Made by a program: the position numbers and the translations under genes
Shown here: in pieces, positions 1 to 10,873 of the stretch
Layout: every line of letters begins with the position of its first letter
Position numbering within the stretch: position 1 is the first letter of the stretch
Assembly: GCA_937625935.1 (NCBI GenBank)
Contig: OW569348.1
Location: 372,001-436,000, forward strand
Direction: 5' to 3'
Length of the DNA: 64,000 nucleotides
Source: Tetramitus jugosus
Lineage: Eukaryota > Protista > Heterolobosea
The notes under the pieces: generated by a model
Seen by the model: the letters and a program-made list of their open reading frames with translations, nothing else
Database searches by the model: none
What the model was told of the DNA's origin: nothing

Positions 1-871
<871 letters not shown>

Positions 872-914
872 TTAGATTTTCGAGTGTTGATTTTTATTGT
901 ACCAGATACGACAT

Positions 915-2297
915 TTAGAGTACGTATGGAATGTAAACGTATGGAACGATCTTGCAGTACTTGACCCAATCTTCCTTGTACTTGGCAGCACATCTGGTTT
1001 GATCTCTGTGGTTTCTGTGAATGATCATACCAGTGAAGAAGCAGAAGTAGAAGTATGGGATGAAGGAACTGAATCCACATACCAAACCCCACAACAGAGC
1101 CATAACGATATCACAAGTGTAGTGAATCTTTCTGGCGTATGCCCACCATCCATCAATCAACAACTTGCTTCCAACCTTGGTGTCCAAGCTCTTTGGGTTG
1201 TGCAAAGTACTCCATGGCAATTGTGGGAAAGTGTTTCTTGGCTTGTATGTGTTGTTCAACATCATACGGAATCTGTTACGTTGAGCTTGAGCAGTATCCC
1301 AAATGTAGTAGACAAAGAACAAGACAAGGAAGCAAATGGCCAAGAATGGGAATCCAGGAACATAGATCTCACCACCCTTCTTCATCAAGTACATGGAACC
1401 AAAGCAGTAGACGAATGGAACACCAGCCAAGTTCCAGAAAATGAGCAACCATCCCCACTTTTCATAAAAGATATCCCAAGAGGTAATGACACACTCTTCA
1501 CCCTTCATGATGGCATTGGCGTACAAAAAGTGAGCAGTCATCATGAACATCATGGAACCGCTGACGTAACCTTGTTGCTCATACATTTTGCATGCAGCAG
1601 AGCATGTCAACAAGAAGAGAACAATCCAAGACAATCTAGCCTCAGTGAACATCTTCAAATCGACAGTACCGATTCTAGGGTTCAAAGCAGCACCCATGAA
1701 ATAATCATAGATAAAATTGCCGCTCATTCTGTGTTGTCTGCCCTTTGCAATCGTAATGGTGTACACCAAGAAGGCAACAATGTTGGAGAAGATCATGGCA
1801 ACGGTCAAAATAGGAGCAAAGTGATCCATCAAGACAGTCAATGGCAAAATACCGGTAAAGTGGAGAGCAGGCACAGTCACCAATGTAACGTACCACACTT
1901 GAATGGCATTACAATTGTACTCCAACTTTTTTCCGCCTTCGTGAGGCAATGGCAATCCATAGTGCTTGAATCCTGGGAGCCAAGCAGCCAACAGGTATTG
2001 GAAGAGGATGAAACCGAGGTAGACCTTGGCAGCGAACCAAGTTGGCCAAGCATGTTGAATAATGACAGAAATGTTTGGTGCAAAGGAGATCTTGGCATCA
2101 TTGAATTCGAGGCAGTACCACAGATAGTATGGAATGACGTGGGAAAAGATGAGAATCATGAGGCAACCGATTGGACCACCAAACTCCATGTCTTCTCTCT
2201 TGGCATCAGACTCGTAGGACTTGACAGTGAGTTGAGTCTTCTTGTCGACGTCAGTGTTGCCACTGGCAACTGCAGGTTGGGCAGTCTTTTTGGACAT
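915..2297 (-). CDS. ERG4: Delta24(24(1))-sterol reductase (ERG4/ERG24 family, ERG4-like)
   Basis: EFGGPIG, YNCNA, YANAIMKGEECVITSWDIFYEKWGWLLIFWNLAGVPFVY, RNTFPQLPW, LLIDGWWAYARKIHY, HRNHRDQTRCAAKY; multiple TM segments. Likely ATG at 2297 (MSKKTAQ). Confidence 0.92.
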   Translation of the reverse strand: MSKKTAQPAVASGNTDVDKKTQLTVKSYESDAKREDMEFGGPIGCLMILIFSHVIPYYLWYCLEFNDAKISFAPNISVIIQHAWPTWFAAKVYLGFILFQYLLAAWLPGFKHYGLPLPHEGGKKLEYNCNAIQVWYVTLVTVPALHFTGILPLTVLMDHFAPILTVAMIFSNIVAFLVYTITIAKGRQHRMSGNFIYDYFMGAALNPRIGTVDLKMFTEARLSWIVLFLLTCSAACKMYEQQGYVSGSMMFMMTAHFLYANAIMKGEECVITSWDIFYEKWGWLLIFWNLAGVPFVYCFGSMYLMKKGGEIYVPGFPFLAICFLVLFFVYYIWDTAQAQRNRFRMMLNNTYKPRNTFPQLPWSTLHNPKSLDTKVGSKLLIDGWWAYARKIHYTCDIVMALLWGLVCGFSSFIPYFYFCFFTGMIIHRNHRDQTRCAAKYKEDWVKYCKIVPYVYIPYVL

Positions 2298-2481
2298 TGG
2301 TGTTGTTGTTCTGTTGTGTGTTTTGTTCTTGTTTCTTGAAAAGGTGTGTGGCGAAATGATCATTTTTAACGCGCTTGGGGACTGTTGGATGACAGCAGGC
2401 GGACATACCGTTCGGACGAACCGGATTTTAGCGCCAAAAATCGTGTTCCTCAGGAAAGTGCGATCTACTGAAAACTGAACA

Positions 2482-3468
2482 ATGCATTCCAGTGAGAGCC
2501 AGGAATCAGGACAGGTGTACCTGGACAAGAGTGGAGTGACAACTTATCTGAAAGATGCAATCACTCTCATGCTCGAAAACAGACCGAATAATCCAATAGA
2601 GTTCCTTGCTGAATAGTAAGTGACACCATCTGTCATAGCTCATGATTAGCATACTAAACCAACTAACATGATTGCCAAGAATAGTTTTAAACATATTGTG
2701 ATGGGTTCAACTCCCATAGTTCGATCCTACCGATACATTTGTCTCAGTGATCGAAATCGTAAAGAATTTATCGACAACTTGACTTCTGCCTTTAATTCGG
2801 TGGCCTTTTCGAGCTCGTATAGCTCCTTAAAGTCTCCCAGAAGTGGTTTAACATCTCCAAAGGGCGAAGAATCCCCTTCCAACTCTTTTGGAACCTCGTC
2901 CAGGTCATTTTCGACTCCTCCTTCATCTACTCACTCCTCGCAAATAACCAAGGCAACCATGAGCGCTGAGGAGTTGAGAAAGTTGGTACGCATGCTGTGT
3001 TCAGATTTTCCTCTCGAATTACTGGACGGTATTTTGCACATACTTCATCTTCAGCAATCAAACCCCTCTTCTGGGAGTAGTGATGCGCAAGTCAGACAAG
3101 ATGTGTTGTCCAACAGATCGTTGATCAACTTTCCTCAGTTTGTTGCAGCTGTCAATACGTGCTTGCTCTACAAGGACTTTCTATCTCTTGTCGAGAATCT
3201 CTTCTCTGAGTGTGGCGGTCAGAAGGGTGGTGTTCTGGATATTGATTTGTTCGAAGAGCAGCTCAAGCATCAAATAGCTATCCACAAGGAGGAGGTGGAC
3301 TCGACATCAATTTCATTTCCAAGAGATTACCACATTGGATTGGTAGTTGACAAACTTCGAAATATGCAGTCAGCAAAGACAGCAAATGAACCTAACAAGT
3401 CCGAGGTAAGTCGAACAGGAGTATCATATGATGAGTTCGTCATGGTAATGTTCGACCTCATTCGATAG
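2482..3468 (+). CDS. CSTPP1(C11orf49)/TPGS1-like tubulin polyglutamylase complex regulator; exon1 2482-2615, intron 2616-2684, exon2 2685-3468
   Basis: Exon 1 (not in the ORF track) reads MHSSESQESGQVYLDKSGVTTYLKDAITLMLENRPNNPIEFLAEY, an RIIa/Dpy-30-like dimerisation motif. GTAAGT donor, ACTAAC branch, TAG acceptor. LCSDFPLEL resembles C11orf49 LCPDFPLEL. Confidence 0.75.
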
Positions 3469-3502
3469 CTGAATTTCTCAAGCACAACAAGTTTATTGGC
3501 CT

Positions 3503-5101
3503 TTACGTTTGAGAGGTTTGCTGAGCATCTGACACTGTCATGTCTAAGAGCGCGCTCTTTGTTGCCTCGTAGGAAACAAAGGCTATACAATGGGCAGGAA
3601 CTGCCTTGAGTAAGCTTGGAACATAGCCCTTGTACATGCCCCAGAATCCTTCATGCTTTATCGTCTTGGCTACCACATCCCATGTATTTTTATATGTTCG
3701 AGTCGATAATTCACCAAGACCATGATTCTGTATGATCAGTCTCGCCTTAATGGTGTGCATCGGATAGAATAAGGTCTGAGAGAATGTGGAGCTGATGGAA
3801 CCAGCAGCAAGTAAACCCAATACGCCAGGTTCCTTTCCTGGTTGATCATCCACAAAGAATCGTTTCACCATTTCATAAATTGCCAAATTTACACCAGATA
3901 GAGGCACTACTGATGCCAATGAAATGCTCAATCCCTTAAAATAGGGCAATACTCGTCCTTCCTCCACATTGATCTTCCGTATCGTTTTGAATAGACCCAA
4001 CGAGCTCTCCGACGCCGTAATTCTCGTCTTGATCACCTCCAACGGATAGAGTGCCGTATGTGAGATAAATCCAGCAACGGATCCTGACAAAAACAACTCG
4101 TAGGGCGTTGGTGGCCTTTGAGCTTCACCAGACGCTTTTGAAAAATAAGTTTTTGCTGCTTCAAACAACACCCACCGAAGTGCGCTCTCCGGGACAATTT
4201 TTAACACGTTGACGCCGTTGCCTCTCCACAGTCCCCACATCCCTCCGTCCTTGTACATGAGTTTGAATCCTTGCCACAGACTCGGTGGTACCTTTGTCTG
4301 TATCTGATAAAGAATCTTTAATCGCTCAAACGGTGCTGTTCCAGTCCTTGAGGCCGCACCAGACAATGCACCAGCCACCAAGTGAATCATCACAGATGAT
4401 GCATTGGTTACACTTGCAGGAGCAATCACACCATCTTCAATATCAAATGCCGCGGCTTCCATCCACGACTCCAACAATTGTTCCACGTTTTGAACAGGAA
4501 GAATCATTAGGAGATCACAAAATTCGCTAAAGCCAATTGTTCCATCATTGTCCCTGTCCATGAGTTTCATGATCCGTTTCACATCATTCGAAGTGTGTTT
4601 CACATTGAGTTTCGTCAGCATACTCTCCACTTCATGTCTCTCAATCTTACCGTTCCGATTCGTGTCAAACTGATGAAACAAATCTTTGAGTTGCTTGTAC
4701 TTTGTTTTGACATAGGTCTGAAATTGATCATAGGTTATAAATTTTTGTTGTTGTTGTTGTTGTTCGAGTTGAGATGTTGTGGTAGTTGATGTTTGATTAT
4801 CGTTATTGTTATTATTGGTGTTGTTAGTGACAATGATGGAGTCAAACACTTCCTTGACATAGGTATCAGTGTACGGCAGATGCAATGCACGGAGAGAGTG
4901 TTGAATGTCCTGTGGTGTCAATATACCATCTCGATTGATATCAAGGAATTGAAACAAGCGACGATCAATGTCTCTCTCGTACTGAGCATCATTATCTTCA
5001 TAAAGTGAGTCAATACTGGTTGGACCATGATGATGATCATCATTTGATAGCAAATTTGTGTTTTTGTTGGTTGTCATGATCGTTGTATCATTGTTGTTCA
5101 T
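3503..5101 (-). CDS. Calcium-binding mitochondrial carrier (SCaMC/SLC25A23-25-like ATP-Mg/Pi carrier)
   Basis: N-terminal EF-hands (DINRDGIL, DTNRNGKI, DRDNDGTI) followed by three carrier repeats (PFERLK, PLEVIK, PMHTIK; WRGNGVNVLKIVPE). Likely start MNNNDTT at 5101. Confidence 0.93.
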   Translation of the reverse strand: MNNNDTTIMTTNKNTNLLSNDDHHHGPTSIDSLYEDNDAQYERDIDRRLFQFLDINRDGILTPQDIQHSLRALHLPYTDTYVKEVFDSIIVTNNTNNNNNDNQTSTTTTSQLEQQQQQQKFITYDQFQTYVKTKYKQLKDLFHQFDTNRNGKIERHEVESMLTKLNVKHTSNDVKRIMKLMDRDNDGTIGFSEFCDLLMILPVQNVEQLLESWMEAAAFDIEDGVIAPASVTNASSVMIHLVAGALSGAASRTGTAPFERLKILYQIQTKVPPSLWQGFKLMYKDGGMWGLWRGNGVNVLKIVPESALRWVLFEAAKTYFSKASGEAQRPPTPYELFLSGSVAGFISHTALYPLEVIKTRITASESSLGLFKTIRKINVEEGRVLPYFKGLSISLASVVPLSGVNLAIYEMVKRFFVDDQPGKEPGVLGLLAAGSISSTFSQTLFYPMHTIKARLIIQNHGLGELSTRTYKNTWDVVAKTIKHEGFWGMYKGYVPSLLKAVPAHCIAFVSYEATKSALLDMTVSDAQQTSQT

Positions 5102-5818
5102 GATGATGTATGTGTTGTTCTTCAATGGCAATAATGGATGGTTGCTGCTGAGTGATATGTAAGCTTGTTTCCAACACACTCGCTCAACAGTCGATCAATC
5201 AAAAAGCTTTTTGTCAAATTTGCGCGGTTTTTGTTGTGTTCATGGCGGAACTTTGGTGTTTTGAGGCTTTCATTTGAAAAATGATTGGATTGACCAGGCC
5301 TTTGGTGCGCATGACGTCGACCTCTATTTTGAGAGAACAAACCAGCCTTGTGACAACTCACAAAATATTTCAATCGCACGCAAGAAACCTGTAGTCACGA
5401 TTCACAACCGGAAGTTCTGAATTCACCCTATTCCTGGAATTCGTTTTCATGTCAAAATATCCTTCTCCGACGCAAATGCGCGATCGCATCCATAAAAACC
5501 CTCCAAACCACACACCAAAAAGAAAACCCATTACTCCTCCATAATCCACTCAGGTTTATACAAACAGACAATACTCTCAGTTGTGCAACCAGTTTCAGCA
5601 ACGTGCATAACACAACAATCTTCAACTTTTCTGAAGACATCTTCATACATATTCCTTTTGCCTTAGACAAAAAAAGTCCTTCTCCAAAAACGAACTCGAC
5701 TTTTTTTTGCAGTTAGTTGAACCGACGCCGCAATATTATTTTTTTCTTCCAACCAGAACAAGAACAACAACTCCTACAATAACAATACACAACAACAACA
5801 ATAACAACAGCAACAAAA

Positions 5819-8683
5819 CTGTCGGCCTCAACCTCTACTCACCTCCCATTTAACAACAGTGGTGGTCATCATCACCAACGTCCTCTCCACCAACTACAAC
5901 CTTCCTCATCTTCAACAAGACAACAACAACAACAACATGGAGTCACGTCATCGTCATCGTCATCATCATTAACGACGAGAGCTTCAAGAAGCAAGAGTGA
6001 TTCTCAACATGCCCCCACGTTATCTTCATCCTCTGCAGCTGCTTCCTCTCATCACAATAACCACCATCATCATCATAACAGCAAACAGCAGCATCAGCAT
6101 CATCATGTGAAGCAACATTCAAGTGAGCATAATAGGAAACGTATTGACACTGCAAAGCAATTCTTGTCGAATATACCGACGAGTACGAATCATCAACAAC
6201 AACAACAACATGTGAATAAGAAGAGAAGTGCACCACCACCAACCAGTACACATGTGCACCATCATCATAATCAACAACAACAGTCATTGGTTTCTAATGA
6301 TTTGAATCATGTGGATAACAACAATAACAATACTAATGATGATGCAGCCATTACTCACACCAGAAAAAAATTACATCTTTCTGTTCAAATACCGAATAAC
6401 AACAATAGTAGTGGACAACAAGTTGCCAGTTCATCAAGTATCGTCACATTCAATAGTGAAGATGCCACGAGTAGCAGTAGTAGTACGAATAGTAATAGTC
6501 CACGAAATGTGAATCAAGGTGTATCACCACAAAAGAGCAGCAGTAATAGTAGTAGTAGTAGCAATAGCACAAGAATGCCAATGTTTCGATCAACGAAACA
6601 GGGCTCTAGCAACAGCAGTAACAACAATAGTGGTAGTAGTAATGAGTCAACACCGAAAAAATTGCACAACACTGCTTCTTCTTCTTCTTCTTTGCAACAA
6701 TCAAAGAAATCAAAAGCTCTACAATTCTTGTCGAATATTCCGCTCAAGAAGAAGACTGGCACAGCAACAACAGCGTCAACATCCACTACCTCACTCAACA
6801 ACAAACAACCTACGAATCACACCAGCAGCAATAATAATAATAATACGAACAATACAAATAAGAATAGTGGTAATGAAGCTGTGAACATGATGAATAGTGG
6901 TACGAGTAGTAGTAATAGTACTAATAGTAGTCCTATTGCAAGTGGTGGTACTACACTGGATGGTGTTGTTTCCTCCGAGTCTGAAGATGGGGGGTCTTCT
7001 GAGCCGTCTCCCTCAAACCCGCCGGCGAACAATAATAAGCAGCAGCAGCAATCACCACTCAATCATCGCACCACTGGCAATAATGGATCATCATTGTCGA
7101 CTAAACAGAAAACTGTTCATCATGTACCACCACCATTGTTCAGTGGTTCGATGACAAATGGAGGCAGTGGTGGCAATAGTGCTCAAAGTGACCAAAGGTT
7201 ACGCAAGCCATCCATGGATCGACCTCCATTGACGAACAAGACTCATCCAAAACATCAAAATGGACAACAACAGATACCAATGTATGCTCCTGCTGCTTCT
7301 GTCTCTGCTGCCATGGTTGTTGCAATTGAGCAGCAAGACCATACCATTCCATCACAGGACATCTTCACAGATGAAGACAATGAAGACAGTTATATACGAA
7401 GATGTCATTTGACGACTAAGACTGGTCGACTGCCTATCGTCTCCTGCACTTACATACCCTACAACAGAGGTGTGGTCAATGAGAGCAAGAGTGTGGTAGG
7501 TAGAAGGCGAAACGGTGCTGCCATGGTTGCTACGTCTGTTGCTGCTGCTACAGCTTCTTCTTCTTCAATGATGAACAGCAACAGCAACTACAATAGCAAT
7601 CATAACGCAAGCAATTACAACCACAACAGTCATCAACATGTTGGTATGATGATGATGACTGATCCATCTTACTCGTCAAATGACAGATTAAACAACGCAA
7701 ACAACAACGATCATGCCGATTATAACATGAACGCACATGTTGCCTCATCCGTCAATTACAACAATAACAATGGTAGTTCAGCTCAGATGGTGAACAATGG
7801 TGTTGGTCCCTCACTCGTACCCATCTCTTTTGCCAAGAATGGAAAGACATACACGAGTTATGAAGGCTGGTTCATGAACAGCGGCATTAACCAATCGCAC
7901 GTGGATCCAAGCATGTTGGGTGTCAGCAGTGAAGGTGATTCAAGCTCCGACACGTCTTCGAGCACGAGTTCATCGCCGAGTGATGACGAATCCGTGTATG
8001 ATCCACTGTTTCTTGATGATCCAAAGATTCGAAACGCCACCAACAGAAAAATTATGCATCTGCCTGGTCTCATTAGCTCTACTGTGCCATTCATTAAGAA
8101 GAGAGAACTTGAGATTGATTTGAATGAACAGTTTAGAGAGAAGCACCCGAACATTAATCTCACATTGTCCAAGATTAGAAGCTTGAAGAAGAAGATGCTT
8201 CGTGTGTGCTTCCCACCAACACCATTTGTGAACGCCTTGATATTCAACAACAGCAATCAGGAGAATGCTTTTATTGAATGCTCAACAATTGCAATGGCTA
8301 TTGTTTACTTGGAAAAGTTGATTCTAAAGAATTGTGTCAACAATCAAAACAGAAGATTGATTGCAGCCACATGTCTCTTCGTGGCTTTCAAGTTGAATTA
8401 TGAAGGTGGAGGCTCCAACCTAACAAAGAATTTTTCTGACTTTTGGGATGCAGTGGAAGACAACTTTTCGTCCGTCAACAGAAAGCAAGTCTTGAAATTT
8501 GAGTTCCAGCTGTTTGCTATGCTGGACTTTGAGATCAATGTTCCATTGTCTGACCTCTATCCACATATGAAGCGATTGCTCAATCAGGTGAATGGACTCA
8601 AGGCTGTTGATTACATGGGTGAAGACTTGTTCCACAGATACATTGGTTCCAAGTTGCATCACGATGATCATCACCATCATTGA
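5819..8683 (+). CDS. CABLES: CABLES-like cyclin-box protein (CDK5 and ABL1 enzyme substrate family); start uncertain, possibly CUG at 5819
   Basis: C-terminal YDPLFLDDP...DLNEQFREKHPNINLTLSKIRSLKKKM...AIVYLEKL...NRRLIAATCLFVAFK matches CABLES. Two N-terminal QFLSNIP motifs. The frame is open from 5783. Confidence 0.85.
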   Translation: MSASTSTHLPFNNSGGHHHQRPLHQLQPSSSSTRQQQQQHGVTSSSSSSSLTTRASRSKSDSQHAPTLSSSSAAASSHHNNHHHHHNSKQQHQHHHVKQHSSEHNRKRIDTAKQFLSNIPTSTNHQQQQQHVNKKRSAPPPTSTHVHHHHNQQQQSLVSNDLNHVDNNNNNTNDDAAITHTRKKLHLSVQIPNNNNSSGQQVASSSSIVTFNSEDATSSSSSTNSNSPRNVNQGVSPQKSSSNSSSSSNSTRMPMFRSTKQGSSNSSNNNSGSSNESTPKKLHNTASSSSSLQQSKKSKALQFLSNIPLKKKTGTATTASTSTTSLNNKQPTNHTSSNNNNNTNNTNKNSGNEAVNMMNSGTSSSNSTNSSPIASGGTTLDGVVSSESEDGGSSEPSPSNPPANNNKQQQQSPLNHRTTGNNGSSLSTKQKTVHHVPPPLFSGSMTNGGSGGNSAQSDQRLRKPSMDRPPLTNKTHPKHQNGQQQIPMYAPAASVSAAMVVAIEQQDHTIPSQDIFTDEDNEDSYIRRCHLTTKTGRLPIVSCTYIPYNRGVVNESKSVVGRRRNGAAMVATSVAAATASSSSMMNSNSNYNSNHNASNYNHNSHQHVGMMMMTDPSYSSNDRLNNANNNDHADYNMNAHVASSVNYNNNNGSSAQMVNNGVGPSLVPISFAKNGKTYTSYEGWFMNSGINQSHVDPSMLGVSSEGDSSSDTSSSTSSSPSDDESVYDPLFLDDPKIRNATNRKIMHLPGLISSTVPFIKKRELEIDLNEQFREKHPNINLTLSKIRSLKKKMLRVCFPPTPFVNALIFNNSNQENAFIECSTIAMAIVYLEKLILKNCVNNQNRRLIAATCLFVAFKLNYEGGGSNLTKNFSDFWDAVEDNFSSVNRKQVLKFEFQLFAMLDFEINVPLSDLYPHMKRLLNQVNGLKAVDYMGEDLFHRYIGSKLHHDDHHHH

Positions 8684-8804
8684 AGAAATGAGTGATGATG
8701 TTTTATGATACGCGGACGGCAGCATTGTGCGTTGATTGTATAGGATCAATTTATGAACTATCCACTCTCTGTACAAATCTTTTGCTGTAAATAATAAAAA
8801 CATT

Positions 8805-10616
8805 TTATTCTTCGAAGAACATTTTGGTGTCCTCTACAATGTCCCATTCATCGTACACGTGATCTGGCATTGACGGGCTGCTTGGTTCATCTTCCTCGGC
8901 TGAGGAAGCTTGGAGCTTGTAGGCCAGTAGTCGTTGTTCTCTGGTGGTTAGGTTGACATTCTTGTCCAACAGGGATTCACTATCGAAGAGCCAGCCCTCT
9001 TTACCACCAAAACAGCTTGAAAACATGTGTGCAATAGTATAGCAATCCTCTTGAGCGCAGTGGAAATGAGGCGAAGTACACTGATGATAGCTGCACTTGT
9101 CCTTGTAGTTGAGATACTTGCCAAGCATCTTGTTCACTTTTGACAGTGTCTCCGCAGGAAGATCCGCCTGGTGCAGAGATAGGAACTTTGGCAGGTCAAG
9201 AATCACATCATAGAGAGCAATGTGATTGAAGTAAAATGAAGTGCCTTCCATTTGGTCAACCTTGTCTTGGAACCACCTGAAACAGCCATTTTCTGCAATT
9301 GGATTATTTGCCAACAATACACACTGCTGTGCTTCCTGTTCTGACGTGACCGACACGAATTGCAAGAAATCTTTCCACAATTGCACATAATCTGTCACAC
9401 CCATATCAGATGGTATACCATGAATGAACCTTCGAGTATAGTCCTCTGTTTTTCGCAAGTAGAGTGGTACTTGATCCTCCAGATTGATAAAACGATGAAA
9501 AGTGTCCACAATTGACTTGCTACTCAGTGAATACTTGATAACAGCCATCTCCAGTGGAAAATAATCACCATTTGACACAACGGCCATCTCAAAATCAACA
9601 ATATGAACAATGTCCAACAATGATCCAGCACGATTGTCCTCAGCACATGAGTTCTGTTGTTCTTCTTGAATGGTTTGATTCAACAGTGGATGAATATCAC
9701 GAATCGAGTAACCCAAACCTCCGTTTGCACCTCTTCCTCTCGATGACTTGCCCTTCCTTTTCATAAAATGAGGAATATCATCCAGTGTCATCAATCGAAC
9801 TTGTAATTCTTCATTTGTGTACTTTGATTTGATCATTTCTCTCAATTGTTCCAATAGTAAGTAGCTATTGTCGACACTACCACCACTATCATCATCCTCT
9901 TTTCCTAATGATGATGATGGTGACTCTACCTTGCTAGATATCTTATTCTTGCTGTTTTTGGATGATAGAGGCAATCGACAAACGACAGGGTGACCTACTC
10001 CAAAATCACCATCATCATCACCATTAGTGGTTGTACGACCACTGTGATACGTGTATCCATAGTCGCCAACATCGTCGTCATCTGAAAAGTAATCCTGATC
10101 TGTTTTCTTCAAGTATTCTTCAAAGGTTGGATACTGTTGTACAAAGCTATTCGTTGTATTACTGATGTTAGTAGTATGATCGATCGAGCTTGTTGTTATT
10201 GTTGTTTTTGTTGTATTGTCATTGCTATCAACATCTTCAGGAGACAATGGTTCCGCTTGCTTGAAGAACTCTTTTTCCTGTAAATCAATTCTTCTTGCTG
10301 TTCCCGCCAATAGATCATTCTCCGATTCGGCGCTCGAAAGAATCGGAACGGAGAATTGAACTGAGCACATGCGTGGGGTGACTTTCTTGCTGTAGACGAT
10401 GCGAACCCTCGTGATGTACTGTGATAGTCCACACGAGTGACATAGCAGTGAGAGCAGAGAAGAGTTTGTGTCCTTGTATTCCAAGTGTTGCATCACTAGA
10501 TAGTGATTCAAGTAGCGTTGCATGTGACGAGTGACATTGTTGTGTCGTTTGTTGTCTGTCATGTCAATGTTGTTGTTTGCATGTTGTTGTATTGTGTTGG
10601 TGATGTTGGATTGCAT
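8805..10616 (-). CDS. MAEL: Maelstrom-domain (DnaQ-H/DEDDh fold) protein
   Basis: IVDFEMAV...YFPLEMAVIKYSL...DTFHRFIN...FIHGIP and KCSYHQ...FHCAQEDC match MAEL-domain blocks (PxE(I/M)A..FSL, FHxFINP, THxIP, CxxH...CA). Confidence 0.8.
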   Translation of the reverse strand: MQSNITNTIQQHANNNIDMTDNKRHNNVTRHMQRYLNHYLVMQHLEYKDTNSSLLSLLCHSCGLSQYITRVRIVYSKKVTPRMCSVQFSVPILSSAESENDLLAGTARRIDLQEKEFFKQAEPLSPEDVDSNDNTTKTTITTSSIDHTTNISNTTNSFVQQYPTFEEYLKKTDQDYFSDDDDVGDYGYTYHSGRTTTNGDDDGDFGVGHPVVCRLPLSSKNSKNKISSKVESPSSSLGKEDDDSGGSVDNSYLLLEQLREMIKSKYTNEELQVRLMTLDDIPHFMKRKGKSSRGRGANGGLGYSIRDIHPLLNQTIQEEQQNSCAEDNRAGSLLDIVHIVDFEMAVVSNGDYFPLEMAVIKYSLSSKSIVDTFHRFINLEDQVPLYLRKTEDYTRRFIHGIPSDMGVTDYVQLWKDFLQFVSVTSEQEAQQCVLLANNPIAENGCFRWFQDKVDQMEGTSFYFNHIALYDVILDLPKFLSLHQADLPAETLSKVNKMLGKYLNYKDKCSYHQCTSPHFHCAQEDCYTIAHMFSSCFGGKEGWLFDSESLLDKNVNLTTREQRLLAYKLQASSAEEDEPSSPSMPDHVYDEWDIVEDTKMFFEE

Positions 10617-10873
10617 TTTTGGATTCAGTGTTACTTCTCACCAAAAAACTTTGGGACTTGGCGCGAAAAAGCAATGACTGGAGATTTTTCAAACTACAGT
10701 GATCTAACCCTTAATCAGACAAGAAACGAGAGTTTTTACGGCGGGATTATCAAAACAGGGAGGATTAACATACATGGAACAATCCGGAGACGAGATAATC
10801 GTAAAACCAGAACATGCACTTTCTTGCTCTGGAGTGAAGCGGTGTTTGTCGAGGCCGAAAAACAAACTTAACA

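Noticed and set aside
897-2339. 480-aa + strand ORF antisense to ERG4
   Set aside because: In codon register with ERG4 and has no recognisable motifs. Explained by avoidance of TTA/CTA/TCA codons on the sense strand.
5449-5544. 31-codon ATG ORF upstream of CABLES as a first exon
   Set aside because: It ends in TAA with no GT donor inside. At most a uORF or a chance ORF.
8684-8745. ATGA...TGAT hairpin after the CABLES TGA stop, SECIS-like
   Set aside because: The stem is too short, there is no apical AA, and another in-frame stop follows within four codons.
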